This document shows, one piece after another, positions 23,761 to 33,906 of a stretch of 64,000 bases of DNA. The notes under the pieces were generated by a model. The model saw only the letters and a program-made list of their open reading frames with translations. It had not been told where the DNA came from and made no database searches. Every line of letters starts with the position of its first letter. The first letter of the stretch is position 1. A program made the translations under genes and the position numbers. The stretch comes from Candidatus Aminicenantes bacterium (GTDB lineage: Bacteria; Acidobacteriota; Aminicenantia; Aminicenantales; JAFGAV01). The stretch covers positions 3,178,383 to 3,242,382 of the forward strand of contig OY970122.1 of the NCBI GenBank assembly GCA_963705895.1, in the 5' to 3' direction.

Positions 23761-25488
23761 TCATAGAGCTTGGATCTGCCGAGCGAGGTCCTGCTTTTCG
23801 AAGAGGAGCGCGGCCAGCCTCTCCCGGTCGCCCCTTTTCTCGGCCTGGACGATCTCGGACTGGAGGGTCCTCAGCCGGTTCTGGAGAGAGATCTTCCACA
23901 GGGCGTCCAGGCAGTCATGAGCCTCGGACGGATTCGGATCGGCCGGCGCCTCGAGAAGGGCCCGGGTCAGGAACTTGGCCAGGACCGGGTCGATCCTTTG
24001 GCGCAGGTCGTGGATCAGGACATCTTGCTCCCGGCGGAAGCAGTCATGGATCAGGTTAAAAACGGGCTCGCCTTTGAGACCGGCAAAGTGGTTCTCCTTG
24101 ACCTCGGCGAAGACCTCGGAGGTGAAGTTCGGATGCCCGATCAGGATCTGGAGGAGCCGCTTTTCGGCGGGGAGGAAATATTCCGCCTCGTCGTCCTTTT
24201 TCGCGGCGGCGCCCGACGGCCGCACGAGCTGACGGCGAAGAAGTCCCTCCTCGACGCCCAGGGCTTCGGCCGCCTGGCCCAGGTACTCACTGCGGACGAC
24301 CGCGTCCGGCATCCTGGCCAGCTCGGCCAGGACCTCGCTCACCAGACGCGACTTTTCCTCGGGGACCTTGAGGTTTCGGCCGTGGCTGCGCATGGTGATG
24401 AGGAAACGCAGGGCCGGGACGGTTTTCTCCAGCCGAGCGCGGTAGGCTTCGGGGCCGTATTTTTTCATGAATCCGTCCGGGTCGAGCTTCTCGGGCAGGA
24501 CGACGACCGAGGCGGTCGCCCCTTTTTCGAAACAGATCGACAGAGCCCGCAGGGCCGCATTGAGCCCGGCCGAATCGCCGTCGTAGTTGATGATCAGGCG
24601 CGGAGCGAAGCGCTGGGCCAAGGCGACCTGGTCGGGAGTCAGACTCGTCCCCAGGGAAGCGGCCACGTTGGCGACGCCGGCCTGATACAGGGCGGAGAAG
24701 TCGGTGTAGCCCTCGACCAGGATGAGCTCGCCTTTGTCCCGGACCGCGTCCTTGGTGAGGTTGAGGCCGTAGAGAATCTTCCCCTTGGAATAGAGAGGCG
24801 TCTCGGGAGAATTCAGGTACTTGGGCTCGGCGTTGAACAAGGTCCGGCCGCCGAAAGCGACCACCTTGCCGGTCAGATTGAAGATGGGAAACATCAGCCG
24901 GCCGCGGAACCGGTCATAAAAGCCGGCTCTTTTCTGGCCGGGGACGACGAGCCCTGCCTTGAGCAGGAGGTCGGCCGCGACGCCTTTGACCTCGAAGTGC
25001 TTGGCCAGCGAATCCCAGGAGTTGGGCGCGTAGCCGATCTTCAGGGCCTTGACGGTTTCGTCCGAGATCATGCGAGTCTTCAAATATTCTAGGGCTTTCC
25101 GGCCCTCGGGTCCCTCCCTTAGGCATCTCTGAAAAAAGGCCAGGGTTTCTTCGTTGATCTTGGCCAGGTTCTCTTCGAGCTTGAGCACATGGGCGGAGAT
25201 TCTGTTCTGCTGGGGCAGGGGGATGTTGTATTTCTGAGCGAGCGATTTCAGGGCTTCGGGGAATGTCAGGTTCTCCTTTTCCATGACCAGGGTGAAAACG
25301 TCACCTCCCACGCCGCAGCCGAAGCAGTGATAGAGCTGTTTGTCCGGGTCGACCGTGAAGGAGGGCGTTTTTTCCGCGTGAAATGGGCAAAGTCCGACGA
25401 ATTTACTCCCGCGTTTTTTCAGTGACGTATATTGAGAGGCGACGTCGACGAGAGTGGCAACCTGCCTTATCTGGTCAATAATCTCCAT
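23761..25488 (-). CDS. dnaG: DNA primase
   Basis: CPFHAEKTPSF...CFGC zinc finger, YDRFRGRLMFPI, KYLNSPET, VEGYTD, YDGDSAG, DPD; upstream TTGACA-17-TATATT. Confidence 0.97.
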   Translation of the reverse strand: MEIIDQIRQVATLVDVASQYTSLKKRGSKFVGLCPFHAEKTPSFTVDPDKQLYHCFGCGVGGDVFTLVMEKENLTFPEALKSLAQKYNIPLPQQNRISAHVLKLEENLAKINEETLAFFQRCLREGPEGRKALEYLKTRMISDETVKALKIGYAPNSWDSLAKHFEVKGVAADLLLKAGLVVPGQKRAGFYDRFRGRLMFPIFNLTGKVVAFGGRTLFNAEPKYLNSPETPLYSKGKILYGLNLTKDAVRDKGELILVEGYTDFSALYQAGVANVAASLGTSLTPDQVALAQRFAPRLIINYDGDSAGLNAALRALSICFEKGATASVVVLPEKLDPDGFMKKYGPEAYRARLEKTVPALRFLITMRSHGRNLKVPEEKSRLVSEVLAELARMPDAVVRSEYLGQAAEALGVEEGLLRRQLVRPSGAAAKKDDEAEYFLPAEKRLLQILIGHPNFTSEVFAEVKENHFAGLKGEPVFNLIHDCFRREQDVLIHDLRQRIDPVLAKFLTRALLEAPADPNPSEAHDCLDALWKISLQNRLRTLQSEIVQAEKRGDRERLAALLFEKQDLARQIQAL

Positions 25489-25849
25489 TATTTACAATAG
25501 CTTATGTTCCCGAGCCGAATTTCTTGATAATATAGGAATCCAGGGCCTCTTTGTCAAGGCAAAGCCGATCAAAAACGCCATATTTTATTAATAATTAATA
25601 GAGTTGCTCTTTAATCTGGTGGTGATATCCCAACGGAACCACGGATGGCGCCTCACGCCCGATTAGACAAGATTCCGCTTTGAATGCTTTGCTTATTGAG
25701 TCTTTGACCCCAGATTTTGGATGCGCGGCTTGCCCCCGCACGGGGTCGAGCCCCGCGGTTTCCCGGATGCACGTTGTGGTTCTATTAATAAAATCCCTCT
25801 CGGATCCATGGAGCTCTGTGGCGGATGCGCCGAGAGGCCGAGCGATCGG

Positions 25850-26593
25850 TCAAAGATGATTGATAAGGCTGGCTAGACAGGCGGCGCCGAAGCCGTTGTC
25901 GATGTTGACGACGCCGATCCCTCCCGGGCAGGAGTTGAGCATGGCCAGGAGCGCGGCGACGCCCTTGAAGCTGGCTCCGTAGCCGATGCTCGTGGGCACG
26001 GCCACGACCGGGACGGCCACGAGCCCGGCCACGACGCTCGGCAGAGCGCCTTCCATGCCGGCGGCCACGATGACCACCCGGGCCCGGCGAAGCTTGTCAT
26101 ACTCGCCCAAAAGGCGATGGAGGCCGGCGACACCCACGTCATAGACGCGGTCCACCTCGTTCCCGAGCATCTCGCAGGTCACGGCCGCCTCTTCGCCCAC
26201 GGGGACATCCGAGGTGCCGGCGGTCATCACCACGATGAGGCCCTTTCCCGGGTCAGCCTTTTTTTGCCTGAGGATCGCGGCCTTGGCTTGACGGTTATAG
26301 ACGGTTTTGGGCAGGGTCTTTTTGAGCTTCCTGAACGTCTTTTCCTCGATGCGCGTCACGAGCAGATTGCCGCCTTTTTTCACGATCTCGCGGGCGATGC
26401 CGATGATCTGTTCGTCGGATTTCCCCCCGCCGTAGACGACTTCGGGAAACCCCTTGCGCAGTTCCCGGTGGTGGTCAATCTTGGCGTAGCCCAGGTCCTG
26501 ATAGGGAAAATGCTTGAGCGCCTCGCCTGCCTCCTCGGGGCTGAGCTCGCCCTTTCCGACCCTGGCCAGTATGTCTTCGAGCTTGGGCTTCAT
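25850..26593 (-). CDS. larB: Nickel-pincer cofactor biosynthesis protein LarB (PurE-like)
   Basis: KIDHHRELRKGFPEV, AGTSDVPV, DVGVAGLHR, AGMEGAL, PTSIGYG, VVNIDNGFGA. Confidence 0.92.
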   Translation of the reverse strand: MKPKLEDILARVGKGELSPEEAGEALKHFPYQDLGYAKIDHHRELRKGFPEVVYGGGKSDEQIIGIAREIVKKGGNLLVTRIEEKTFRKLKKTLPKTVYNRQAKAAILRQKKADPGKGLIVVMTAGTSDVPVGEEAAVTCEMLGNEVDRVYDVGVAGLHRLLGEYDKLRRARVVIVAAGMEGALPSVVAGLVAVPVVAVPTSIGYGASFKGVAALLAMLNSCPGGIGVVNIDNGFGAACLASLINHL

Positions 26594-26690
26594 GGGGGTA
26601 TTCTAGCACAAACCAACTCTTTCGGGCTGCGCCCCGCGCCGCGGCTTTTCTTTGGGGCCCGGATAGAATAAACTGGATCCGGTGCCGGAC

Positions 26691-27536
26691 ATGAACAAAC
26701 AGACACTCGCCCGCGAGGCGGATCTTTCGGGAAGGGGCGTCCATTCCGGACGGCCTGTGAACCTGAGGCTGAAACCCTCGACCGCGGGCAAGCTCGTTTT
26801 TCGCCGCACTGACCTCGACGGTCTGGAGATCAAGCTCGACCCCATGGCGGCCGGCGCCCGGCATTGCACCTTCGTCAGGACCGGCGACGCGGTTGTCCAA
26901 ACGATCGAGCATCTGCTGGCCGCGCTCCGCATGTCGGATATCGACAGCGCTCTCGTCGAGCTTGATGCCGAGGAAGTCCCCATTCTTGACGGAAGCGCCG
27001 CGCCGTTCCTCAAGGCCGTCTCGGCCGCGGGCGTTTCGTCCCTTCCCGCGAAACGAAGAACGCTCAAGGTTCTAAAACCCTTCCGCTTTCAAGACAACGA
27101 CACGGACGCCTACGTATCCTTCGAGCCCGGTCCGGATTTCAGGATTTCCTACGGGATCGAATTTGCCCATCCTTTGATCGCGCGTCAGGAGCTGAGCCTG
27201 TCCCTCACCCGGGAATCCTTCGCTTCCGCCGTCGCCCCGGCCCGGACCTTCGGTTTTCTGAAGGACGTGGACAAGCTCCGCAGCCTGGGCCTGGCCCTGG
27301 GCGCCTCGTTCGAAAACACGGTCGTCCTCGACGATGAAAAGGTCCTCAACCCGCCCTTGCGCTTCCCGGACGAATTCGTCCGACACAAGATCCTTGACTT
27401 CGTGGGCGACCTGGCCGTGGCCGGCGCCCCCATCCTCGGCCACGTCCGCGCCGAAAAAGCCGGGCACGCCCTCCACCTCCGGGCCCTTCAATCCTTCCTC
27501 CAAACTCCGGATCATTGGGTCTGGGTGGACGGATAG
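26691..27536 (+). CDS. lpxC: UDP-3-O-acyl-GlcNAc deacetylase
   Basis: GVHSG, TIEHLLAAL, EVPILDGSA, ARTFGF, EFVRHKILD, GHALH. Confidence 0.95.
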   Translation: MNKQTLAREADLSGRGVHSGRPVNLRLKPSTAGKLVFRRTDLDGLEIKLDPMAAGARHCTFVRTGDAVVQTIEHLLAALRMSDIDSALVELDAEEVPILDGSAAPFLKAVSAAGVSSLPAKRRTLKVLKPFRFQDNDTDAYVSFEPGPDFRISYGIEFAHPLIARQELSLSLTRESFASAVAPARTFGFLKDVDKLRSLGLALGASFENTVVLDDEKVLNPPLRFPDEFVRHKILDFVGDLAVAGAPILGHVRAEKAGHALHLRALQSFLQTPDHWVWVDG

Positions 27537-27673
27537 GGTTCGGGAACGATCTTCGGCCGGGAACCGTCCCGCGACCGAGACGCCGAGGACGTCCGCGGAT
27601 GCAACCGGACGTCGGAAGAATCGGTCGGTCCCGGCCGGCCTGGATCTGTCGCTCGGGCGATGAGGAGCACGAT

Positions 27674-28021
27674 ATGAAACGACATGGCTGGATCGGGCAA
27701 TTCCCGGCGGCCATCACGGTTTGCGACACCGCCGGCCGTATTCTTGAAATGAATGACCGCGCGGCCGAGGTCTTCGCCGACGACGGGGGCCTGGCGCTCA
27801 TCGGCCGGAACGTCCTCGATTGCCACCCCGAGCCCGCCCGGTCCAAGCTCGCGGACATGCTGAAGGCCGGCCGGTCGAACGTCTACACCATCCAAAAAAA
27901 AGGGAAGAAAAAACTCGTCTTTCAATCGCCCTGGTTCGCTCGGGGTCGCTACACCGGGTTCGTCGAGATCACCTTCGAGATCCCGGAGGACATGCCGCGC
28001 TTCAACCGAGACGCCCCCTAG
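27674..28021 (+). CDS. Stand-alone PAS-domain protein
   Basis: GAGGAG RBS; AITVCDTAGRILEMN, LIGRNVLDCHP, YTIQKKGKKKL. Confidence 0.75.
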   Translation: MKRHGWIGQFPAAITVCDTAGRILEMNDRAAEVFADDGGLALIGRNVLDCHPEPARSKLADMLKAGRSNVYTIQKKGKKKLVFQSPWFARGRYTGFVEITFEIPEDMPRFNRDAP

Positions 28022-28167
28022 GGTGCCGGGCCCGGGGCCCCGGCATTCGATCTTCCCCATCCTCCCCCAGGATCCGTTGACCGTCCATGTTGCGCATGAT
28101 AACCTATGCTCCGGCCGGTGAAAGCGGCAAGCTCAAGCCAAGGATCGCCAAAGGGGAGGCCGGATCG

Positions 28168-29373
28168 ATGCCGGAACAGGCTTTTCGCTATATCGTGGTG
28201 GGAGGAGGATTAGCCGGAGCTTCGGCCGCCCAGGGGATCCGCGAGAGGGACCAAAAAGGGAGCGTTCTCCTCGTCGGAGAGGAAAAGCATTTGCCCTATG
28301 ACCGGCCCCCACTCTCCAAAAAGCTCTGGTTCGGCAAGAAGAAGGTCGAAGAGATTTTCGTCAAGGACCGGGATTTCTACGACCGGAACGGAGTCAGCCT
28401 GATCCTGGGCGCGCGCGTCGTCGGACTGGACGCGGCCCGGCAGACGATCGTCGACGACCGCCGGCGGACCTACCGATTCGAAAAGTTGCTGCTGGCCACG
28501 GGCGGCGTTCCCCGGCGGCTACCCATCCCCGGCGCTGACCTCGAGGGGGTCTGCTACTACCGTTACCTCGACGATTATCTGCGGCTGAGGGCGGAGGCGG
28601 AGGCGGGACGGACGGCGATCGTCATCGGCGGCGGGTTCATCGGGTCGGAGATCGCCGCGGCCCTGACCATCCAGGGCCTTTCGGTGACGATGATCTTTCT
28701 TGACCCCTATCTCTGCAATCGCGTCTTTCCCGAATCGTTGGGAAAAGCCGTGGGCCGCCGCTTCCTTGAGCGCGGGATCGCCGTCCTCGCCGGCGAAAGC
28801 CCGGCCTCGATCGAGCGCGCTGCGGGGGGCTTCCGCGTCCGGACCGCGGGCGGGCGATCGCTCGAGGCGAACATGGTGATCGTGGGCGTCGGCATCCGAC
28901 CCGAAACCGAGCTGGCCGAAGCGGCGGGCCTTGCGACCGGCAACGGGATCGTCGTTGATGAGCATCTCCGGACGTCGCACCCGAGCATCTTCGCCGCAGG
29001 GGACAACGCCAATTTTCCCTATTCCGCCATCGGCCGGAAGACCCGGGTCGAGCACTGGGACAATGCCCTGAACCAGGGACGATGGGCCGGACGGAACATG
29101 GCCGGAGCCGGGGAAGCCTATACCTACATGCCATATTTTTTCTCCGACCTGTTCGAGTTCGGGTACGAAGCCGTGGGCGACGTCAGCACGGACCTCGAGA
29201 TCTTTGCCGATTGGAAGACCGAGAACGACACAGGAGTGATCTATTATCTTCGGGACGGCCGGGTCAGGGGGGCGATGATGTGCAACGTTTGGGACAAGGT
29301 CGAGGCGGCCCGGGAGTTGATCCGGCGTGAAGGCCGGGTCGCGCCCCAGGATCTCCGCGGGGCGATAGGCTGA
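28168..29373 (+). CDS. FAD/NADH-dependent ferredoxin reductase-like (AIF/MDAR-type) oxidoreductase
   Basis: GGGLAG, PYDRPPLSK, LLLATG, GGGFIGSE, FAAGD, RVEHWDNA, PYFFSD. Confidence 0.88.
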   Translation: MPEQAFRYIVVGGGLAGASAAQGIRERDQKGSVLLVGEEKHLPYDRPPLSKKLWFGKKKVEEIFVKDRDFYDRNGVSLILGARVVGLDAARQTIVDDRRRTYRFEKLLLATGGVPRRLPIPGADLEGVCYYRYLDDYLRLRAEAEAGRTAIVIGGGFIGSEIAAALTIQGLSVTMIFLDPYLCNRVFPESLGKAVGRRFLERGIAVLAGESPASIERAAGGFRVRTAGGRSLEANMVIVGVGIRPETELAEAAGLATGNGIVVDEHLRTSHPSIFAAGDNANFPYSAIGRKTRVEHWDNALNQGRWAGRNMAGAGEAYTYMPYFFSDLFEFGYEAVGDVSTDLEIFADWKTENDTGVIYYLRDGRVRGAMMCNVWDKVEAARELIRREGRVAPQDLRGAIG

Positions 29374-29390
29374 CCGGCGAGGAGGGTGCG

Positions 29391-29747
29391 GTGAAGGCGA
29401 AGGGGGAAGAGGTCGCGGCGGGGGGAATGCCCTACCGGCTCCTAGCGAGAGAGGAAGCCCGAAAGTTGTCCCTAAGCGTTCCCCTGTGGACGCTCCGGGA
29501 CAAGGACATCAGGCGGGAATTCCGGTTCAAGGGTTTCCGGGAGGCCATGGCCTTCGTCAACGGCGTGGCCGACCTGGCCGAGAACGAAGACCATCATCCG
29601 GACATCTTCGTCTCCTACAACCGCGTCGTCCTGACCTTGTCGACCCACAAGGTCGGCGGACTTTCAGCCCGGGACTTTCTCCTGGCGGCCAAGATCGATG
29701 AGACGGATCAAGATCCCCGGATGCGGGGAGGGAGCGGAGCCCCATGA
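29391..29747 (+). CDS. phhB: Pterin-4a-carbinolamine dehydratase
   Basis: AENEDHHPD, LSTHKVGGLS, DFLLAAKID. Confidence 0.9.
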   Translation: MKAKGEEVAAGGMPYRLLAREEARKLSLSVPLWTLRDKDIRREFRFKGFREAMAFVNGVADLAENEDHHPDIFVSYNRVVLTLSTHKVGGLSARDFLLAAKIDETDQDPRMRGGSGAP

Positions 29748-30538
29748 CTCCCGGCCGCCTCTCGGGCCAGACGGCCCTCGTCACCGGTGCGGCCCGGCGT
29801 CTCGGCCGCGAAGTTTCCCTGGCCCTGGCTGAGCGGGGAGTCAACATCGTCGTCCATTATCGGCATTCCCAGAGAGAGGCAGAACGTCTGTGCCGGAAGC
29901 TCGAGAGCCGTAAGGTCAAGGCCTGGCCGATCCCGGCCAATTTCGAAGGCGCCGACGAAACCGAGACGCTGATCGAGCGCGCCAGGGCGGCGGCGGGTCG
30001 GCTCGACATCCTCGTCAACAGCGCCTCGACCTTTCCCGTCGGGACGCTGGCCGACATGAAGTTTTCCGAACTCATGACCTGCGTGCGGGTCAACGCCTGG
30101 ACGCCCTTCATCCTCAGCCGCGACTTCGCCCGGCGGGCCGGCCGGGGGAAGATCGTCAACCTCCTTGACACGCGGCTCGACGGGAGCGACCCCCGGCATG
30201 CCGCCTACATCCTGAGCAAGCAGATGCTTCACGACTTGACTTTGATGACGGCCGCCGAGCTCGGGCCGTCCTTCACCGTCAACGCCGTCGCTCCGGGACT
30301 CATCCTTCCCCCTCCCGGGAAGGATGAGGGCTACCTCCGGGCCCTGGCCCGATCAGTTCCGCTCGCGCGTCACGGCGCGCCGGCCGACGTGGCCCAGGCG
30401 GTGATCTATCTCCTGGAAGCCGATTATGTCACCGGACAGGTGATCTATGTGGATGGAGGTCGACATGTCAAAGAACTCAGCCCCCGATCGCATCTTGATC
30501 GAGGACCTCGCCGCCCGGTGCGTCATCGGCGTCGATGA
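29744..30538 (+). CDS. Pteridine reductase-type SDR (FolM/PTR1-like)
   Basis: TGAARRLG, VHYRHS, LVNSAS, YILSK, VNAVAPGLIL, VDGGRH; located in a pterin gene cluster. Confidence 0.82.
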   Translation: MTPGRLSGQTALVTGAARRLGREVSLALAERGVNIVVHYRHSQREAERLCRKLESRKVKAWPIPANFEGADETETLIERARAAAGRLDILVNSASTFPVGTLADMKFSELMTCVRVNAWTPFILSRDFARRAGRGKIVNLLDTRLDGSDPRHAAYILSKQMLHDLTLMTAAELGPSFTVNAVAPGLILPPPGKDEGYLRALARSVPLARHGAPADVAQAVIYLLEADYVTGQVIYVDGGRHVKELSPRSHLDRGPRRPVRHRRR

Positions 30539-30839
30539 CGAGGAGCGCCGGGAAAAGCAGGAGGTGCTGATCAGCCTCGTCCTCTGGACGGACCTTTCCT
30601 CGGCCGGACGGGGCGACCGGTTCGAAGAGACGGTCGATTATCGCCATCTGAAGAAGCTTATCCTGCATTTGGTGGAGGATTCCCGCTACCATCTGATCGA
30701 AGCCCTGGCCGAAGCGGTGGCCCAGGTCTGCCTGTCCCAGCCGAAAGTGGCCCGGGTCCGCGTGCGCGTGGACAAGCCCTCGGCCCTGCGCTTTGCCCGG
30801 ACGGTCGGCGTGGAGATCACCCGGCCGCCCGAAGAGTGA
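30465..30839 (+). CDS. folB: Dihydroneopterin aldolase/epimerase (FolB/FolX family)
   Basis: IGVDDEER...Q, TVDY, LIEALAE, DKPSALRFA; GGAGG RBS lies inside the upstream SDR. Confidence 0.8.
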   Translation: MSKNSAPDRILIEDLAARCVIGVDDEERREKQEVLISLVLWTDLSSAGRGDRFEETVDYRHLKKLILHLVEDSRYHLIEALAEAVAQVCLSQPKVARVRVRVDKPSALRFARTVGVEITRPPEE

Positions 30840-30845
30840 TGAGTC

Positions 30846-31361
30846 ATGTCCGTCCTCGTGGCCGTCGGGTCGAACATCGAGCCGGAGCGGAACCTGCCCA
30901 AGGCCATCGCCCTCCTGGACGACCGGGCGCGCGTCCTCGACCTGTCGACGATCTTCCTGAGCGCGGCCGAAGGCCCGGCCGGCCAACCCCAGTTCCTGAA
31001 CGGCATCGTCAAGGTCGCGACCCGGATCCCGCCCCGCGACTTCAAGTTTGATGTCCTGCGGGCGATCGAGGCCGAACTCGGCCGCCGGCGAACCGGGGAC
31101 AAGTATGCCCCGAGGACGATCGACCTCGACCTCATTCTCTATGATGAGCTGGTCGTCAACGCACCGGACCTGACCCTTCCCGACCCCGAGATCTTCGTCC
31201 GGACTTACCTGGCCTTTCCTCTTTACGAACTCGAACCGGGACTGCGACTGCCGGGTTCGGCCTTGACCATCGAGGATGTGGTCGGAGGCATGCGGCGCAA
31301 AGGGCTGCAGCCCCTGGCCGATTTCACCCGATCTCTCAAGGAGACCTACCATGACCGTTGA
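30846..31361 (+). CDS. folK: 6-hydroxymethyl-7,8-dihydropterin pyrophosphokinase
   Basis: [29 protein letters not shown]. Confidence 0.88.
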   Translation: MSVLVAVGSNIEPERNLPKAIALLDDRARVLDLSTIFLSAAEGPAGQPQFLNGIVKVATRIPPRDFKFDVLRAIEAELGRRRTGDKYAPRTIDLDLILYDELVVNAPDLTLPDPEIFVRTYLAFPLYELEPGLRLPGSALTIEDVVGGMRRKGLQPLADFTRSLKETYHDR

Positions 31362-31929
31362 CATGGAACGCATTGAACACCTGGTGAGGGAGCTCTTGAT
31401 CGCGATCGGGGAAGACCCCGACCGGGCGGGCCTTGTCGACACTCCGCGGCGCGTGGCCCAGGCTCTCGATCAGCTGACCATCGGATACAGGGTGGACGGC
31501 GCGGGACTCATCGGCCGAGCCTGTTTTCCCCAGACCGTCGACAGCATGATCCTGCTCAAGGATATCGAGCTCTACAGCCTCTGCGAACATCACCTGCTTC
31601 CGTTCTTCGGCCGGTGTCACGTGGCCTACTTCCCCCGGGAGGGCCTGGTCCCAGGAGCGAGCAAGATCATCCGCATCGTCGACATGTTCGCCCGGAGGCT
31701 CCAGATCCAGGAGCGCTTGACCGAACAGATCGCCCATACCGTCCAGGACGCGCTCCAGGCAACGGGTGTGGCGGTTATGATCGAAGCCCGGCACCTGTGC
31801 ATGATGATGCGGGGCGTTGAGAAGCAGAACTCGATGCTCGTGACGTCTTGTCTCCTGGGGTCCTTTCGCGAATCGGCCCAGACTCGGGAGGAGTTTCTGG
31901 CCCTGGTCGGCAAGGTCAAACCGGCTTGA
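31351..31929 (+). CDS. folE: GTP cyclohydrolase I
   Basis: [46 protein letters not shown]. Confidence 0.95.
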   Translation: MTVDMERIEHLVRELLIAIGEDPDRAGLVDTPRRVAQALDQLTIGYRVDGAGLIGRACFPQTVDSMILLKDIELYSLCEHHLLPFFGRCHVAYFPREGLVPGASKIIRIVDMFARRLQIQERLTEQIAHTVQDALQATGVAVMIEARHLCMMMRGVEKQNSMLVTSCLLGSFRESAQTREEFLALVGKVKPA

Positions 31930-32036
31930 TAGCGGCCCGTCGAGCGAAGGGCGCGCCTTCTCTGCACAAGAGGGGCGACATCCGGGCCGGGCCGAAGTCC
32001 GAGACCGAACGGCACTCGAGCCGCCCGAGGGAATGA

Positions 32037-33583
32037 TCATCGACAGGAACGGGCCGTCGTAAACCGTGGCGTGGAGGAACTGGGCGGTCTCCCTCGCTTC
32101 TGAGCGAAGATCGAAATCAATTTTTCCCTGAACCATAGTCCCGCCGTTCTTTGGAATCTCTGCCCGAAGGCGTCCTGGAGACGGTCGATGCCGGGGTACC
32201 ATTTCGCGTCCGGCTGGGAGACAAGAAAAACGCGGGATTGGGAGTTCTTGAGGTGCGCCGCGGCTTCGGCCGCGATCTCTTCCGGCATCCGGCCTTTGAG
32301 ATAGGACAAGTGTTCAATCGAAGAGCGGAGGTAATAATCAACCGGGAGGGAGATGGCGCCGGGGAAAAAGACGAGCACGTCATCCTTTGTCGCGCTGGCG
32401 TCAAGGAAAGCGGCCGCGTCCCGGTCCATCGATTTGAGCCATCCGTGGTGGTACCAATACAGCGACACCGACGACAGGAAAAGGAAAAATGCGAGCCCGG
32501 CGACCGCGACCCAACGGCTCTTGATCTTGGATGCGCCGAATCCCGCGAGCAGGACAAAGGCCGGCCAGGCGGAGATCGAATACCGTTCCGGGAGAAAAAT
32601 GGGCTTTCCGATGGAGATCGTCATCGGAATGGCCAGGGTCACCACGAGATAACAAAGCGCCAGGACGAGCGGGGATTGTCTTGCCGCGGGGGACGCGTCG
32701 ATCTGGCGGTCCTTGATCAGGGACAGCACCGCGGCCAGCAGGCAAGCCGCAAACATCAACAGCCCCGCGAGAACAAGGCCATTATTGACGACCGGCGGAA
32801 AGATATGAAAAACAAATCCGGTGAAGACCCGGAACGTTTCCAGGATATGGAATGGACGAAACCTGGGGATCCAGCCTATGTAAGTCGGACTGGGCAGGTT
32901 TTTCAAAACAAGGACGGGAAGCCAGGGAAGGTAGAGCAACCCGATGAGGCCCAGGGAGATCGTCCATCGCTTCAGGCTCCGTCCGCGGGCGGCCCGCTGG
33001 ACGATGACGTACACGACCCCTGAGGCGGCGATGAACAGGCCGTAGTTGTGGGAGTAGATGGTCAAAACCGTGAACAGGACGTATCCGACCCAATATCTCG
33101 GCCGGTCCTCGGCGAGGGACTTGTAGAGGAAATAGATGGACAGCAGGCCGAGAAGAATGAGCATGGAATACATCCGGACTTCCTGGCTGTACCGGACGTG
33201 AAATTCGCCGAGAGCCGCGATGAGGGCGCTCGCCAAGCCGGTCTTCCTACCGAAAAGCGAGGCCCCCACGAAAAAGATCGCGGGAATGAACAAGATCCCG
33301 AACAGGCAGGGAAGGGCCCTGAGCGAGACCTCCCCCGAGCCGAAAGCCTTGATCCAGAGATGAAGCAGCAAATAATGGACAGGGGGGAAACGTCGTTCTT
33401 GAGCGCGGGGATGATCTCCCCAAAGCTCTTGCTCGCGATGTTGATCCCGATGACCTCGTCGAGCCACAGGGATTGGTGGGTAAGTCCGTAGATCCTCAGG
33501 AATGAGCCCAGGAGAACGATGGCCCCCAGGAGGAGGATCGTGGTTTGAGAGCCGGGCTTCGCGGCCCCGGCGTTCTTACCCAC
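32037..33583 (-). pseudogene. GT-C/GT39 (PMT-like) membrane glycosyltransferase split by a 1-bp frameshift at a G6 run (33382-33387)
   Basis: The 5' frame gives LRIYGLTHQSLWLDE...KNDVSP and the 3' frame gives PPVHYLLLHLW...EVSLR...YSQEVRMYS. One extra C restores DVSPPVHY. Confidence 0.8.
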
Positions 33584-33906
33584 GAATCACTCCGTTCGCG
33601 GAATGCCGGCCGTCGATGCGGGTCATGCCCGGGATCATGTTCCGACTCCTGTGCCGGTTCGGCGCCGGCCTCATTTCAGGGCGAGAATATCCGATGTGCG
33701 CGGGGGTGTCAAGAACCCCTATCCTAGACGGGGATGGACGAGAATGCCTTACTCCACCCTCCGGCGGCGCCGCTTGACTTCATTCCTGAGGCCGGAATAC
33801 TATTTTTGCTGACGCGCCCGCGCCGTCGGCGGCTTGAGGATCAGAGGGAAGAAAATGAGTGCGACCGGAGCGACATGAGGGGAAAGACCCGAGGCGGCGA
33901 AATACC

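Noticed and set aside
30465-30538. 74-bp overlap between the SDR and folB as a programmed fusion
   Set aside because: folB has its own GGAGG RBS and no slippery site is evident; most simply a run-on SDR tail.
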